DNA of 64,000 nt from NCBI GenBank assembly GCA_038890615.1, contig JAWAFI010000001.1, forward strand, positions 34,611 to 98,610, written 5' to 3'. Below are positions 17,978 to 27,961 of this stretch, piece after piece. Below the pieces are notes generated by a model. It saw nothing but the letters and a program-made list of their open reading frames with translations. It made no database searches and was not told where the DNA came from. How positions within the stretch are numbered: position 1 is the first letter of the stretch; the number at the start of each line of letters is the position of its first letter. Both the position numbers and the translations under genes were made by a program. The stretch is from Candidatus Anstonellales archaeon (GTDB lineage Archaea; Micrarchaeota; Micrarchaeia; Anstonellales; J096).

Positions 17978-20900
17978 CTAAAATTTACTACAAATTCTCC
18001 TGATAATTTTCTTATCTTTTTCATCAGTTATTTTATAATAATCAAATATAAGTTCATTCAGTTGTTTATATTTATTTGAATAATCTTCATTATTCAATGC
18101 AGATTTTATTATCTCTGATACTAATACTTCGATTTTGATAACTGTGTTTTTATCTTCTTTATCAGGAAGTTTAATTGGTAATCTGTTAAACATATATGGA
18201 TAAAATTCATACACCTCACCCATTCGTTTTGCATTTTTCTTAATCCAAAACTCTATTAATTGAGAATTTAATATTCCTAATAATAATTCGATTGATATAA
18301 TATCTTTATATTCCTTTCTTATATTTATTGCATAAACATCAGCACTAAAAAAATAATTTTTATCATCTAAAGAAAATCTAGGCTCCTTTGATTTATAAGG
18401 AACAACAATCTTTTTATCCTTAGATTCAAAGACAGAAATTTCTCTAGCCCTATGCAAACGTTGCCAACCGTATGATTTTCCAACTCTTTTTAGTAGAGTA
18501 TTTTTATTTAAAAGGAGGTACTTCTTTATATTAGGATAATTATCTTCTTTAAACGAAGGATCTGCATAAAGAAGGTATTCACCCCCCCAAGAAACAACCC
18601 ATTTTAGTATGTTAGAATTTTTTACCCACTTTTTAAATAATGACAATTCTTTATCATTTAATTTTAACTCAGCAAGTTTTTGTTTATTTGGAATGATAAA
18701 TATTTCGTCTGCACCTGTAATGATTCCTTGATTAGTATTACAGATTTTAGACAAGTTTATGCTCTCTGAATTAATTTTTTTAAGTAAATTGAGTTCATCT
18801 TCACAAGCTAAACACCATCCTGTTTCTTCTAAATCTTTTTGATACATACAAAAACAATCCATATAAAAATCTGATTTTTCATCAATCATATTGTTCTGAA
18901 TTTTAGAGATCATTTCTGAAACATCAAGTTCGTTAGAAACATAGGCAACTCTGCAAACTTTAATTATATTTCTTTCATACAAATTATTTTTATAAATTAT
19001 CAAAAGTGGATGTATATTAATATTTTGGAAAATATTATTAACTCCGTAAAAATCTATGATTTGCTTAATTTGTGTATCTTTTTGGAGAAAAGATCTTAAT
19101 TTATTACCGTAATCAGATTCAAGGAAATAACGAGAAGTGATAAACCCCACATAACAATTTTCATTGAGTAAACACTTGCCTCTATAAATGAAATAATACA
19201 AGTAATCATTCTTTCCATTAAAAATTCTTTTATATAATTGCTCAAAAATATATCTCTCTAGTTTTTTTGACTGTTTAAAACCAACATAAGGAGGGTTTCC
19301 GACTACTATATCAAACCCTCCATTTTTCATGATGTGCCCAAAATCTATCCTCCAATGGAAAGCCTTAAGTCTAGAAAATTCTTCTTGCGTAATTGGAGGT
19401 TTTTTAAAATCGTAATTTTTATTTATCTTCTTATTTATGTAATCTAAAAATAAGGGATTTATTTTTGCATAAATCGAGTCTCTTATTGTTTCGAGAATAG
19501 TCTTTAAATGCTCAGCCTTTAATCCGTGTGTTTTTCTGTAAATTTTATATAAAATATAGTAAGCTTCAATATAATCATTCAATTTGTAGGTGTCTAAAAG
19601 GTTTCTTGCTTTTTTAATCTCTTCTATATCTTTACCTTCAGAAAGGGCAACAAGTATAACAAACATTTCATCGACTTTTTCAGTAAGTGGAGTATTCATT
19701 GGCATCTGAATTAAATTTTCATCGAGCCAACCAACCAAACTATTTCCTACTTTCAAATTGTATTCGATATTTGGAAGTGCTTTGATTTCATTCTTTGCTT
19801 CTTCAAAATCACTAATTAACCAAAGCCAAAGCCTTAATTTTGCGATCTCGATTGCTCCTGCAAGAATATCCACTCCATAAATATTTTCTGTTATTATGTC
19901 AAATTTCATGTCATAAAAATTCTTTTTTTCTTTTAATTCATAATACAACCTTCTTTTTAACCCAAATATTACTTCTGAAGTTTTAATCAGGAAAGCTCCA
20001 GAGCCGCATGCAGGATCTAAAACCTTGATTTTATCAAGTATTTTCAAAGCATTTTTCATGTCTTCCTTATTCTTGGATTCAATAAGATCATCAAAAGAGG
20101 CATATTTATTGCCCAATTTATCAAGCAGATAAGGAATTATTGTATTTTTTGAAATATAATCAGTAATTGATTCAGAAGTATAATAAACACCTTTTTTCTT
20201 TCTTTCAGTTATATTCTTGAAAGCATTTTCAGCTTCTTTTTCAAATCCTTCGCTTTCCCATTCTACAACACTTCTTTCATAAACATGACCTAATATTTCA
20301 GGTGTTAAAATCTTTTCTTCGTTATCTTCTGTTGCCTTTACATCTTCAATAATCCAGTGATAGCTATTCAAGAAATCAAAGATTTCTTTCCATTGCTCAT
20401 CTTTTAAATCAATGTCCAAATCCTGCTCTAAAATGTCTGGTCTAAATAAACCTCCATTCAAGTATGGAATGACTATCTGATAATCCCCAATTTCAAGAAT
20501 ATTTTTCTCTTGTGAATTAAACATATGGAATAATTTTTTAAGATTCTCTAAGAATCTACCATTTTTCAACAATATTTTAGTAAATAAATTCTCCCCAGAG
20601 ATCTTTCCTCCATCTTTAAATTTAATAATACCTTTATGGCACAAGAAATAAATAAAGAAAAATCTATCAAATATCTTCTGTGCAATAAGATATTTCTGTA
20701 CTGGCTCAAGATTATTTTTTATATTTTTAACAAGCAGATTTCTCTTAACTTTAAAAGCCTCATAGAATAAAGCAGAAATATCTTTTGATTGGAATAAAAG
20801 ATCAAGATTAGACATATTTTTCAGTTTATCAATCTTTGAAACGTTATTTTTTGTCCTTTCAGAATAAATGAAGTGCTTTGTCTCTCCAAAATTCCTAAAA

Positions 20901-21151
20901 AAAATGAGCTTTCCTTTAAGAATAAGGATACAGTAGCTTAACCCCCTATCAATTAAGAAATGGTCTTTAATCTCTTTGATTTTATCTTCTTCAAACACTT
21001 CATAAACAACAAGAAGCTTTTTCTTATCTATCTTTAAATATGTGCCTTCTCTATATTCGTCATCATAATAATCCTTTTCTTCCTGGAATCCTCTATCTTT
21101 CAAATAAGAAACGAGCTTTTCCTTACCTAACAATATTTCTTGAACTTCCAT
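17978..21151 (-). CDS. N6-adenine DNA methyltransferase, Eco57I/Type IIG-like, with C-terminal target-recognition region
   Basis: YLNGGLF, PEILGHVYE, GVYYT, VLDPACGSGAFL, YGVDI, GNSL, FDIVVGNPPY; TaqI_C-like tail (KIVVP...LLGILNS). Confidence 0.92.
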   Translation of the reverse strand: MEVQEILLGKEKLVSYLKDRGFQEEKDYYDDEYREGTYLKIDKKKLLVVYEVFEEDKIKEIKDHFLIDRGLSYCILILKGKLIFFRNFGETKHFIYSERTKNNVSKIDKLKNMSNLDLLFQSKDISALFYEAFKVKRNLLVKNIKNNLEPVQKYLIAQKIFDRFFFIYFLCHKGIIKFKDGGKISGENLFTKILLKNGRFLENLKKLFHMFNSQEKNILEIGDYQIVIPYLNGGLFRPDILEQDLDIDLKDEQWKEIFDFLNSYHWIIEDVKATEDNEEKILTPEILGHVYERSVVEWESEGFEKEAENAFKNITERKKKGVYYTSESITDYISKNTIIPYLLDKLGNKYASFDDLIESKNKEDMKNALKILDKIKVLDPACGSGAFLIKTSEVIFGLKRRLYYELKEKKNFYDMKFDIITENIYGVDILAGAIEIAKLRLWLWLISDFEEAKNEIKALPNIEYNLKVGNSLVGWLDENLIQMPMNTPLTEKVDEMFVILVALSEGKDIEEIKKARNLLDTYKLNDYIEAYYILYKIYRKTHGLKAEHLKTILETIRDSIYAKINPLFLDYINKKINKNYDFKKPPITQEEFSRLKAFHWRIDFGHIMKNGGFDIVVGNPPYVGFKQSKKLERYIFEQLYKRIFNGKNDYLYYFIYRGKCLLNENCYVGFITSRYFLESDYGNKLRSFLQKDTQIKQIIDFYGVNNIFQNINIHPLLIIYKNNLYERNIIKVCRVAYVSNELDVSEMISKIQNNMIDEKSDFYMDCFCMYQKDLEETGWCLACEDELNLLKKINSESINLSKICNTNQGIITGADEIFIIPNKQKLAELKLNDKELSLFKKWVKNSNILKWVVSWGGEYLLYADPSFKEDNYPNIKKYLLLNKNTLLKRVGKSYGWQRLHRAREISVFESKDKKIVVPYKSKEPRFSLDDKNYFFSADVYAINIRKEYKDIISIELLLGILNSQLIEFWIKKNAKRMGEVYEFYPYMFNRLPIKLPDKEDKNTVIKIEVLVSEIIKSALNNEDYSNKYKQLNELIFDYYKITDEKDKKIIRRICSKF

Positions 21152-21153
21152 AT

Positions 21154-24100
21154 TTAACCCTCAATAAAACCTATAGCAAACAATGGTTCTTTTTTAACAT
21201 CTAGTTTCTCCTGAACATCAAGTTTTGTGAAGCTTTCCTCTAATTCAATAATCCACTGTCTTATTCTAGCTTTGCTAATCTCTTCTTTTAACTCAGCCTT
21301 TATCTTTTTAACTATTTTTTCCGTTGTGCTTCCACATTTATACCTAACTTGCTCAAGAGAATCTTCAAGCTTTGAGATATTAGGGTATAACTCAGCAAGC
21401 TTTTTAGTATTAATAAAATCTAAAATACTGTTTATCAGCTTATCAATATTGTCATTGAAGTATTGCATACGCAAATCTTCTTTCTTTTTCTTATCCAAAT
21501 AATCGCTAAAGGCATTAAGCTCCTGTTTAAAAGAATTTTCAAATTCAATTATTTTATTCAATTCTACCGCTTCTTTTTTAGAGAGTATTTCATCGTTATA
21601 AGAGTCTATATCTTTGTAAATAATTGTCAAGCCTTTCTTTCCTTTGAACAGAGTATAATTCTTGCCTATTGGAATATTGACTTTCTCTAAATCCTCTTTC
21701 TTCAGAGAGTATTTCTTTATTGCTTTTTGTAAAAATATTAATATTGGCTTAGAGTAGTCTAAGGCAATCTCCAATTCTGAAAAATTCCCGCTTCTTATAT
21801 TGTTCCTAATTTTATCAAGAACTTCAAGATATATTTTTTTGTCTCTTGCTCTTCTCTCACTAAGTAGTTCTTTCTCCGTTTCAAACCAAATCCTATATTC
21901 AACTCCAACAAATCGGATAATCTCCTTTATCCTTAATTCTATTGTTTCAACGAGCTTTAATTCAACATCTAAATCGTCATTAGGTCTAAAATTAAGAACT
22001 TCTATTTTTTTAGGGTTATCTAAACGAGTGGCTCTCCCAATTCTCTGAATTATTCGGACAGGATTATATGGAATATCAAAATTTATAACTAAATCTGCTC
22101 CGCTTATGTTAAATCCTTCTGAAAGAGTGTCTGTTGAGATTAAAATCCATAATTTATCATTTTTGTCATTGAATTTCTCGATAATAGTTTGCTTATTTTT
22201 TGTACTTGAATCGACAAATCTTACTTCATCCTTATCTATTAAATCCTTCAAGAATTCTTTGATAGCGTTAAGGGTATCTTTGTATTCTGTAAAAATAAGA
22301 ACCTTCTTGTCTCTATTCTGTTTCAATATAGTAAATAATTGGTTTATTTTTTCGTCTTTCTCAAACAAGACTTGTGAGCCTTCTTTTAAGAATGGCTCTA
22401 ATTTTTTTATCTGTTGGTTTATTTTCTGAACATCTGCTTTCAGCTCATCTAAAATCTTCAAATGTTTTGTACCTTTTCCATCCTTGATTTTCTCAATAAC
22501 TTCTATTAACCTATTCTTGTAGTCAAAATCAAAATTGATTTCAATATCATCTTCATATTCTTCATCTTCTAAATATTTAGTATTCTTTTTTTCAACAGCA
22601 TTTAGTATCATTGTGTTTTTTTTAGATAGTCTTTTTAATGTTAGATAATAAGAGCTTATATCACTTTCAAACCTTTTATAGAGAATCCACTTAAAGAAAC
22701 CGCCAAGACGAACTCCTTTTTCAGGGTCTAAAAGCCTCAAATGAGCTGCAGACAAGCTTTTAATAAAATCAACAATTCCATTGACTACATCTTTATACCT
22801 TGAATCAAGCTTATATTTAATTTCTTTAACGTGAGGATCTTTTATTTTTCTGATGTCTACTCCTGCAAAAGCTTTCAATTCTTCAATATAATCTAATGAA
22901 GTCTTTATTGTCTCTCTTGTTGATTTAACGAACATCTCTTTTTCTACTTCTTCTTGAATTTTTGACAATTCGACTTTTTCAGAGTTTTTTAATTCTTCCC
23001 ATTCCTTATTTTTGAAAAGATTGATTAGATCGCCCAATTCTCTGACTAACTTATCAAATAGCAAATTTTGCCCTTTTCTATAAAATAATTTAACGAGATT
23101 GAGTAAATCATCTAAGCTTGTATTAATTGGCGTTGCTGTTAAGAACAAAACCTTTGATTCTCCATTCTCATCAATTATCTTCTTTAAGTTTCTTGTTCTA
23201 TAAGCATCAGGGTTTCTGTAATTATGTGCTTCATCTATTATTATTAAGCCATAATTTTTGGCATATTTATCTACTCTAAAAATATCTGGTCTTTTTTGTA
23301 GATCTCCCATTGAAACTAGAGTAACTTTGTCGTAAATCTCAAACTCTTTGAGATATCTAGGCCATTGATCTTCATTATAAACTAATCCGGCAGGAGCAAT
23401 CAATAATACTTTATTATTGTTATTTAAAAAATATTTAGCAATTTGTGAAGCAACATACGACTTACCTAAACCCACAGATGAAGTCAGGAAACAACCTTTA
23501 TATCCTTTGCTGTTGAAATTATCAAGAATTCTGATAAAATCCATATACTGAAACTGGAGAAGCTTAGATTTTTTGAATTCTTCAAAAAGATAGTCTGCTT
23601 TTAAGTATTTTATGAGGATTTTCAAAAATTCTTTAGGCTCAATATAAATAAATGCGTTCTCTAATTCTTCTTTGAATTTTGATTTTTTAATTGCCTCATA
23701 TATAGCTTCTGCAACTTTAATTTTTTCAAAATCTTCTGATCCTAAGTTCCATAAATTTTCAAACCATGAATCGATAATTTCTAATTGTCTTGGTTCAGTA
23801 ATAATAACATTCAATTCAGTATTGGACAGAAGCCCTCCAGGAGTAAAATTTGAAGAACCTACTATTGCAGCAGTGTACTTATTATGTATTTCTTCTGTTT
23901 GATTGTTTTTTAAGAAAATATAAGCTTTGCTATGCAACCTTTCCTCATTCTTCTCACCAAAATAGACCTTGACTTTTAAAGTTTTATATTCTTTGATTAG
24001 TTGGTAAAAAAGTTTTATAGCTGGTTTCGTCTGTTCATTTATTTCTATTTTATCGAGATTATCTTTGAATGCTTTGACAAGCTCTTCTTTAGTAGGTTTT

Positions 24101-24336
24101 TTCGTTTCAAATCCCATTAATATTTTTATTTCCTTTAGATTTTTCAAAGAATTTATTATATGAATCAAACCTTCAAGATAAAAATAACCTACAGCACATT
24201 TAAATGAAGCTGAATTTGAAGCCAAAATTTTAAGGGCCTCCTGCATATTAAACTCTTTAGTTCTATTATCAATAATTCTTGGACTGCTTAAAAGCCCATC
24301 AATATCATAAGTCATTGACCTTCCCTTAAATTCCAT
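21154..24336 (-). CDS. PLD (HKD) nuclease - SNF2-like SF2 helicase fusion
   Basis: AVGYF, LHSKAYIF and GSSNFT...NTELN (PLD); VGLGKS, IIDEAH, LTATP, SEGFN and QRIGR (SF2). Alternative start MTYDI at 24315. Confidence 0.9.
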   Translation of the reverse strand: MEFKGRSMTYDIDGLLSSPRIIDNRTKEFNMQEALKILASNSASFKCAVGYFYLEGLIHIINSLKNLKEIKILMGFETKKPTKEELVKAFKDNLDKIEINEQTKPAIKLFYQLIKEYKTLKVKVYFGEKNEERLHSKAYIFLKNNQTEEIHNKYTAAIVGSSNFTPGGLLSNTELNVIITEPRQLEIIDSWFENLWNLGSEDFEKIKVAEAIYEAIKKSKFKEELENAFIYIEPKEFLKILIKYLKADYLFEEFKKSKLLQFQYMDFIRILDNFNSKGYKGCFLTSSVGLGKSYVASQIAKYFLNNNNKVLLIAPAGLVYNEDQWPRYLKEFEIYDKVTLVSMGDLQKRPDIFRVDKYAKNYGLIIIDEAHNYRNPDAYRTRNLKKIIDENGESKVLFLTATPINTSLDDLLNLVKLFYRKGQNLLFDKLVRELGDLINLFKNKEWEELKNSEKVELSKIQEEVEKEMFVKSTRETIKTSLDYIEELKAFAGVDIRKIKDPHVKEIKYKLDSRYKDVVNGIVDFIKSLSAAHLRLLDPEKGVRLGGFFKWILYKRFESDISSYYLTLKRLSKKNTMILNAVEKKNTKYLEDEEYEDDIEINFDFDYKNRLIEVIEKIKDGKGTKHLKILDELKADVQKINQQIKKLEPFLKEGSQVLFEKDEKINQLFTILKQNRDKKVLIFTEYKDTLNAIKEFLKDLIDKDEVRFVDSSTKNKQTIIEKFNDKNDKLWILISTDTLSEGFNISGADLVINFDIPYNPVRIIQRIGRATRLDNPKKIEVLNFRPNDDLDVELKLVETIELRIKEIIRFVGVEYRIWFETEKELLSERRARDKKIYLEVLDKIRNNIRSGNFSELEIALDYSKPILIFLQKAIKKYSLKKEDLEKVNIPIGKNYTLFKGKKGLTIIYKDIDSYNDEILSKKEAVELNKIIEFENSFKQELNAFSDYLDKKKKEDLRMQYFNDNIDKLINSILDFINTKKLAELYPNISKLEDSLEQVRYKCGSTTEKIVKKIKAELKEEISKARIRQWIIELEESFTKLDVQEKLDVKKEPLFAIGFIEG

Positions 24337-24434
24337 TATGTTTTAGAAAGAACGAATAGCTTATAAATTTTACTTGTTCTCAACGCTATTGCTTAGTAAA
24401 AACCTAAATAAACTCCTGCCAGCAAGGCTTTAAC

Positions 24435-27083
24435 ATGGGAGAAAGCCTGAACGCAGAAAAGCTTGAAGTGCTTGCGCACCAAGGCAATGCGCTGGTTATA
24501 GCGAACCCAGGCACAGGCAAAACGCTTCTGCTGGCCCACAAGTATGCGCAGCTCGTAAAATCAGGGGTGGCGCAGTCTGACATACTCTGCCTCACGTTCA
24601 CGCAGAAGGCGCGCAAGGAGATGGAGGAGAGGATTGCCAAGGTGCTAAGAGAGGAGGGGATTGAGCCTGACTTTGGAGGCATGAATGTTTATACCTTCCA
24701 CTCATATGCGCTTCAGGAGCTTGGGAAGGAGGAAACAGTGTCAAGCAACCTTCTAAGGTATTCCATCTACAGGTACTTCAAGGAGAATGAGGTGCTCAAT
24801 TACGGGGATGAATACCTTATTGAGGTGATAGTGCCAAAGATGGAGAACCTCATAAGGTATTTGAAAAGCTTTGGGGTAATGCCATCTGATATTGATGTTG
24901 GGAAGGTGAAAGCCCTGCTTAAGGAGAAGGAGAAGGTCAGCAAGGAGGAGATGGACAGATTTGCTGAAGTGTTTGTTGATGTGTACAGGCACTATGAAGA
25001 GGCAAAGCAGAGGAGGATAGACTACGCAGACATGCTCATTGAGTTCTGCAGGATGAAGGGCAAGAGGAGGTTCAAGTATGTATTGGTGGACGAGCTGCAG
25101 GATGTAAACAAGATGGAGGCAGAAATAGCGCTTGAATCAGGCGAAAGTTTCTTTGCTGTTGGGGACAGGAAGCAGGCTATATTTGGCTTTCAGGGAGGGT
25201 CAATAACAAACTTTGAGAAGTTCAAGGATGCAAAGGTGTTCGTGCTTTCAGAGAATTTCAGGAGCGAAAATGCAATACTGGAATACGCAAGGGAATATTT
25301 TGGGCAAAAGACTATGGACGAAATGCACAGGAAGGAGCTGGAGGGGCTTAGGAACCCAAAGAGCAAGGGAGGGAAAAAGCCAGTAGTGCATGAGGCTGTG
25401 GATGGGGATGCAGAAGGGGCTGCATGCGATTTGCTCAGGAGGTTCAAAGGAAAGCAGGTGGCAGTGATAGCAAGGACAAACAACCAGATAATGAACCTAT
25501 CAAACGAGCTGCAGAAGAGGGGGATTGAACATTCCTCAACGCATTTCTCTGCATCAAAGGAAGCAAGGGAGCAGGTTATCTCTTTCCTTAAGGGAATGCT
25601 AAGCAACGACATTGAGGATGTGAAAGCAGCTATGTTTACTCCTTTCTTCCCACTATCAATACAGGAAGCATTTGAGCTTGCAAAGGAGAAGGGGCTTACA
25701 ATGGAAATGGTATTTGAAAAAAGCCCTGAATTCAGGAAAATGAGGGAGGAGGTTAGGAATGTTAAGGACATGGATGAGCTTTTCTCCAAAAGGATTATAC
25801 CAATCGCAATAACCTATGGAAAGGAATACCTGCTTGCAGCAATAACAATGCAGAATGCATTCAGCGAAGCGCTATCGGTGGTAAAAGGCATAAGCCTTGG
25901 GGAAGTGGTGAACTATCTAAAATCAGCAGACATCCTTGCTGATGAATCAGAAGGGGAAAAGGAAGTAGTGCTAACAACAGTGCACAAGGCAAAGGGGATG
26001 GAGTTTCCAATAGTAATATACCTTCCGCAAAAGAAGACAGAGAGCGGGAATTTCCAGGATGAGGTGGTAAAGGCAATTCTTAAAACAAAAGGCATAGATG
26101 TAGAGGAGGAATTGGGTGAAGAGGCATTGAGGATAAACTTTGTTGCAATGACAAGGGCAAAGGAAGAGCTTCATATAATACCAGACAGGGCAGGGGAATA
26201 CCTTAATGAATTCTGCGAAAAGGAACCTATTGAAGCAGAAGGGACGGAATGGTTTGACGTAACAGAGAGGATGAAAAGGGCGTATGCGCTTTTCGTAAGC
26301 GGAAACCATGAAAAAGCAAAAGAACTGCTTAAAGACAAGAGGAAATGGGTTGTTGAATTCATAAAAAGGCATTTTGAGGGCATTGAGCGTCTTTCTTTTT
26401 CCTCGCTCAAAGAAGACCCATGCGAATACCTTGCCTCAAATGTGCTCAAAATTAGGGTATACAGCCCTGCAATGGAATTCGGCTCCAGAATACACAGGAT
26501 TGCGCAGGCGATGGTTGAAGGGAAGGAAGCTGAGGTTGGGGAAAGGGAAAAGCCGTATGCAGAAAACATACAGGAAATACTAAAAAAGATAAAGGAAGGG
26601 CATTCTTGGGAGGCAAAGGCAGAAGAAAGGGTAAATGTTGAGCTGGGCAAGCTGGTTGGAGAAGGAGAGGGGCTTATTTTTGATGGGGTAATTGACGCGC
26701 TTTTCAGGGAAGGAGATTCTTACCTTATAGTGGACTGGAAAACAGACAAGAGCACTGAGAGAGGCTCAGAGCACAGGCAGCAGCTTGAGGCATACAGGAG
26801 GGCGCTTTCAATCTCTAGAGGGATTCCTCTTGAGAAGATAAGGGTGGCTATAGCTTTCATAGGGCTAAGGGGCACTGTGAATCTTGGGAAGGTTGGGTAT
26901 GAGCTTGATGAAACCCAGCCTTCAAAGAGCGCTTTTGAGACATTCTCCAAGAAGGTGAAGAAAACGCTTGAATGGAGGAGGAACCCGGAGAAGTTCTTGG
27001 AGGATTTGGAAAAGGAAAGGTGCGAGCATCCTGCATGCAGGGCTTTGCTTGGGGAATATTGGAAGGAAAAGGAAAACAAATAA
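24435..27083 (+). CDS. UvrD/AddA-like SF1 helicase fused to a PD-(D/E)XK nuclease
   Basis: ANPGTGKT, LTFT, VDELQD, VGDRKQAIFGF, ENFRS, TVHKAKGMEF and VAMTRAK; nuclease half SFSSL, GSRIH, GVIDA, IVDWKT, QLEAY. Confidence 0.9.
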   Translation: MGESLNAEKLEVLAHQGNALVIANPGTGKTLLLAHKYAQLVKSGVAQSDILCLTFTQKARKEMEERIAKVLREEGIEPDFGGMNVYTFHSYALQELGKEETVSSNLLRYSIYRYFKENEVLNYGDEYLIEVIVPKMENLIRYLKSFGVMPSDIDVGKVKALLKEKEKVSKEEMDRFAEVFVDVYRHYEEAKQRRIDYADMLIEFCRMKGKRRFKYVLVDELQDVNKMEAEIALESGESFFAVGDRKQAIFGFQGGSITNFEKFKDAKVFVLSENFRSENAILEYAREYFGQKTMDEMHRKELEGLRNPKSKGGKKPVVHEAVDGDAEGAACDLLRRFKGKQVAVIARTNNQIMNLSNELQKRGIEHSSTHFSASKEAREQVISFLKGMLSNDIEDVKAAMFTPFFPLSIQEAFELAKEKGLTMEMVFEKSPEFRKMREEVRNVKDMDELFSKRIIPIAITYGKEYLLAAITMQNAFSEALSVVKGISLGEVVNYLKSADILADESEGEKEVVLTTVHKAKGMEFPIVIYLPQKKTESGNFQDEVVKAILKTKGIDVEEELGEEALRINFVAMTRAKEELHIIPDRAGEYLNEFCEKEPIEAEGTEWFDVTERMKRAYALFVSGNHEKAKELLKDKRKWVVEFIKRHFEGIERLSFSSLKEDPCEYLASNVLKIRVYSPAMEFGSRIHRIAQAMVEGKEAEVGEREKPYAENIQEILKKIKEGHSWEAKAEERVNVELGKLVGEGEGLIFDGVIDALFREGDSYLIVDWKTDKSTERGSEHRQQLEAYRRALSISRGIPLEKIRVAIAFIGLRGTVNLGKVGYELDETQPSKSAFETFSKKVKKTLEWRRNPEKFLEDLEKERCEHPACRALLGEYWKEKENK

Positions 27084-27123
27084 TGTTTTTAAGTTTTGCA
27101 CAAAATAATAAGTTGGTGGTTTT

Positions 27124-27960
27124 TTGTACGAAAAGTTGGCAGTAGGGGCTTTGTTTTTGCTTATGGTTGCGAGTTGTCCATTGACAGATGGTGGTGGAAA
27201 TCTTGGGAACCTGAGCAACAAGTCTTTGAATTTGAGCGACAATAGTGGAGGAGATGGGGGCTTAAACTTAGACATAGGGTCAGGAACCACAGCAGAATCA
27301 ATGCTAAAGCTTTGCCCTCAGGTAAAAACAAAGAGGTGGAATGATTTTTGCAACGCTGTTTTCAGCAAGGACCCATCAAAATGCTTATCCCAAAGGCAAT
27401 ATGGCACTAAGGAAGCGTGCGAAATAATGATTGTGGCTGTTAAGAAAAACCCCTCCTTATGCGAATCTGTCAATAAGTACGTCACTGGGGTAGACAGCAG
27501 CGGCAAGGTGGTAAACACAACCTTCGCAACTGACTGCTATGGGCACTATGCAGTGGCAAGGCTGGATAAGAGCTACTGCTCAAAGGCAGGCAGCAAAGCA
27601 TGGTGTGAACTTTATGTAGACATAGACAAGAACGAGGTGCCTTTAGAAAGGTGCGGTGACCACTACAAATGCGTTATGAGCTATGCTTGGAACAACAACG
27701 ACAAAAAGGCGTGCGAAAAACTTAAGAGAGGCTATGGAGAGGAGGCAGAGATGCTTGAATGCTTGGCATTGGTTACAGGAGATGAAAAGCACTGCAATGG
27801 CATTTCTGACATTGACTATAAATACTTATGCATAGGGTACTCAAAGCTTAGGAAAGCAATACCCAGCGAAGGCGTGTTCATTCCTGAAAAGTGCGACAAG
27901 AATATGGATTGTGAAAGGGAAGTAATAGAAAGAATGGAGAAATGGGTGGCAAGGCATTAG
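27124..27960 (+). CDS. Cys-rich putative lipoprotein
   Basis: GGTGG Shine-Dalgarno before TTG; hydrophobic leader ending MVASC; repeated helical D/N.S.C motifs. Confidence 0.7.
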   Translation: MYEKLAVGALFLLMVASCPLTDGGGNLGNLSNKSLNLSDNSGGDGGLNLDIGSGTTAESMLKLCPQVKTKRWNDFCNAVFSKDPSKCLSQRQYGTKEACEIMIVAVKKNPSLCESVNKYVTGVDSSGKVVNTTFATDCYGHYAVARLDKSYCSKAGSKAWCELYVDIDKNEVPLERCGDHYKCVMSYAWNNNDKKACEKLKRGYGEEAEMLECLALVTGDEKHCNGISDIDYKYLCIGYSKLRKAIPSEGVFIPEKCDKNMDCEREVIERMEKWVARH

Positions 27961-27961
27961 C

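Noticed and set aside
26350..27083. Cas4/CRISPR association of the PD-(D/E)XK domain
   Set aside because: It is fused to UvrD, and I saw no repeat-spacer array or cas genes
17978..27083. Calling the locus BREX or DISARM
   Set aside because: No PglZ/BrxC or DrmA/DrmB-type genes are recognisable nearby
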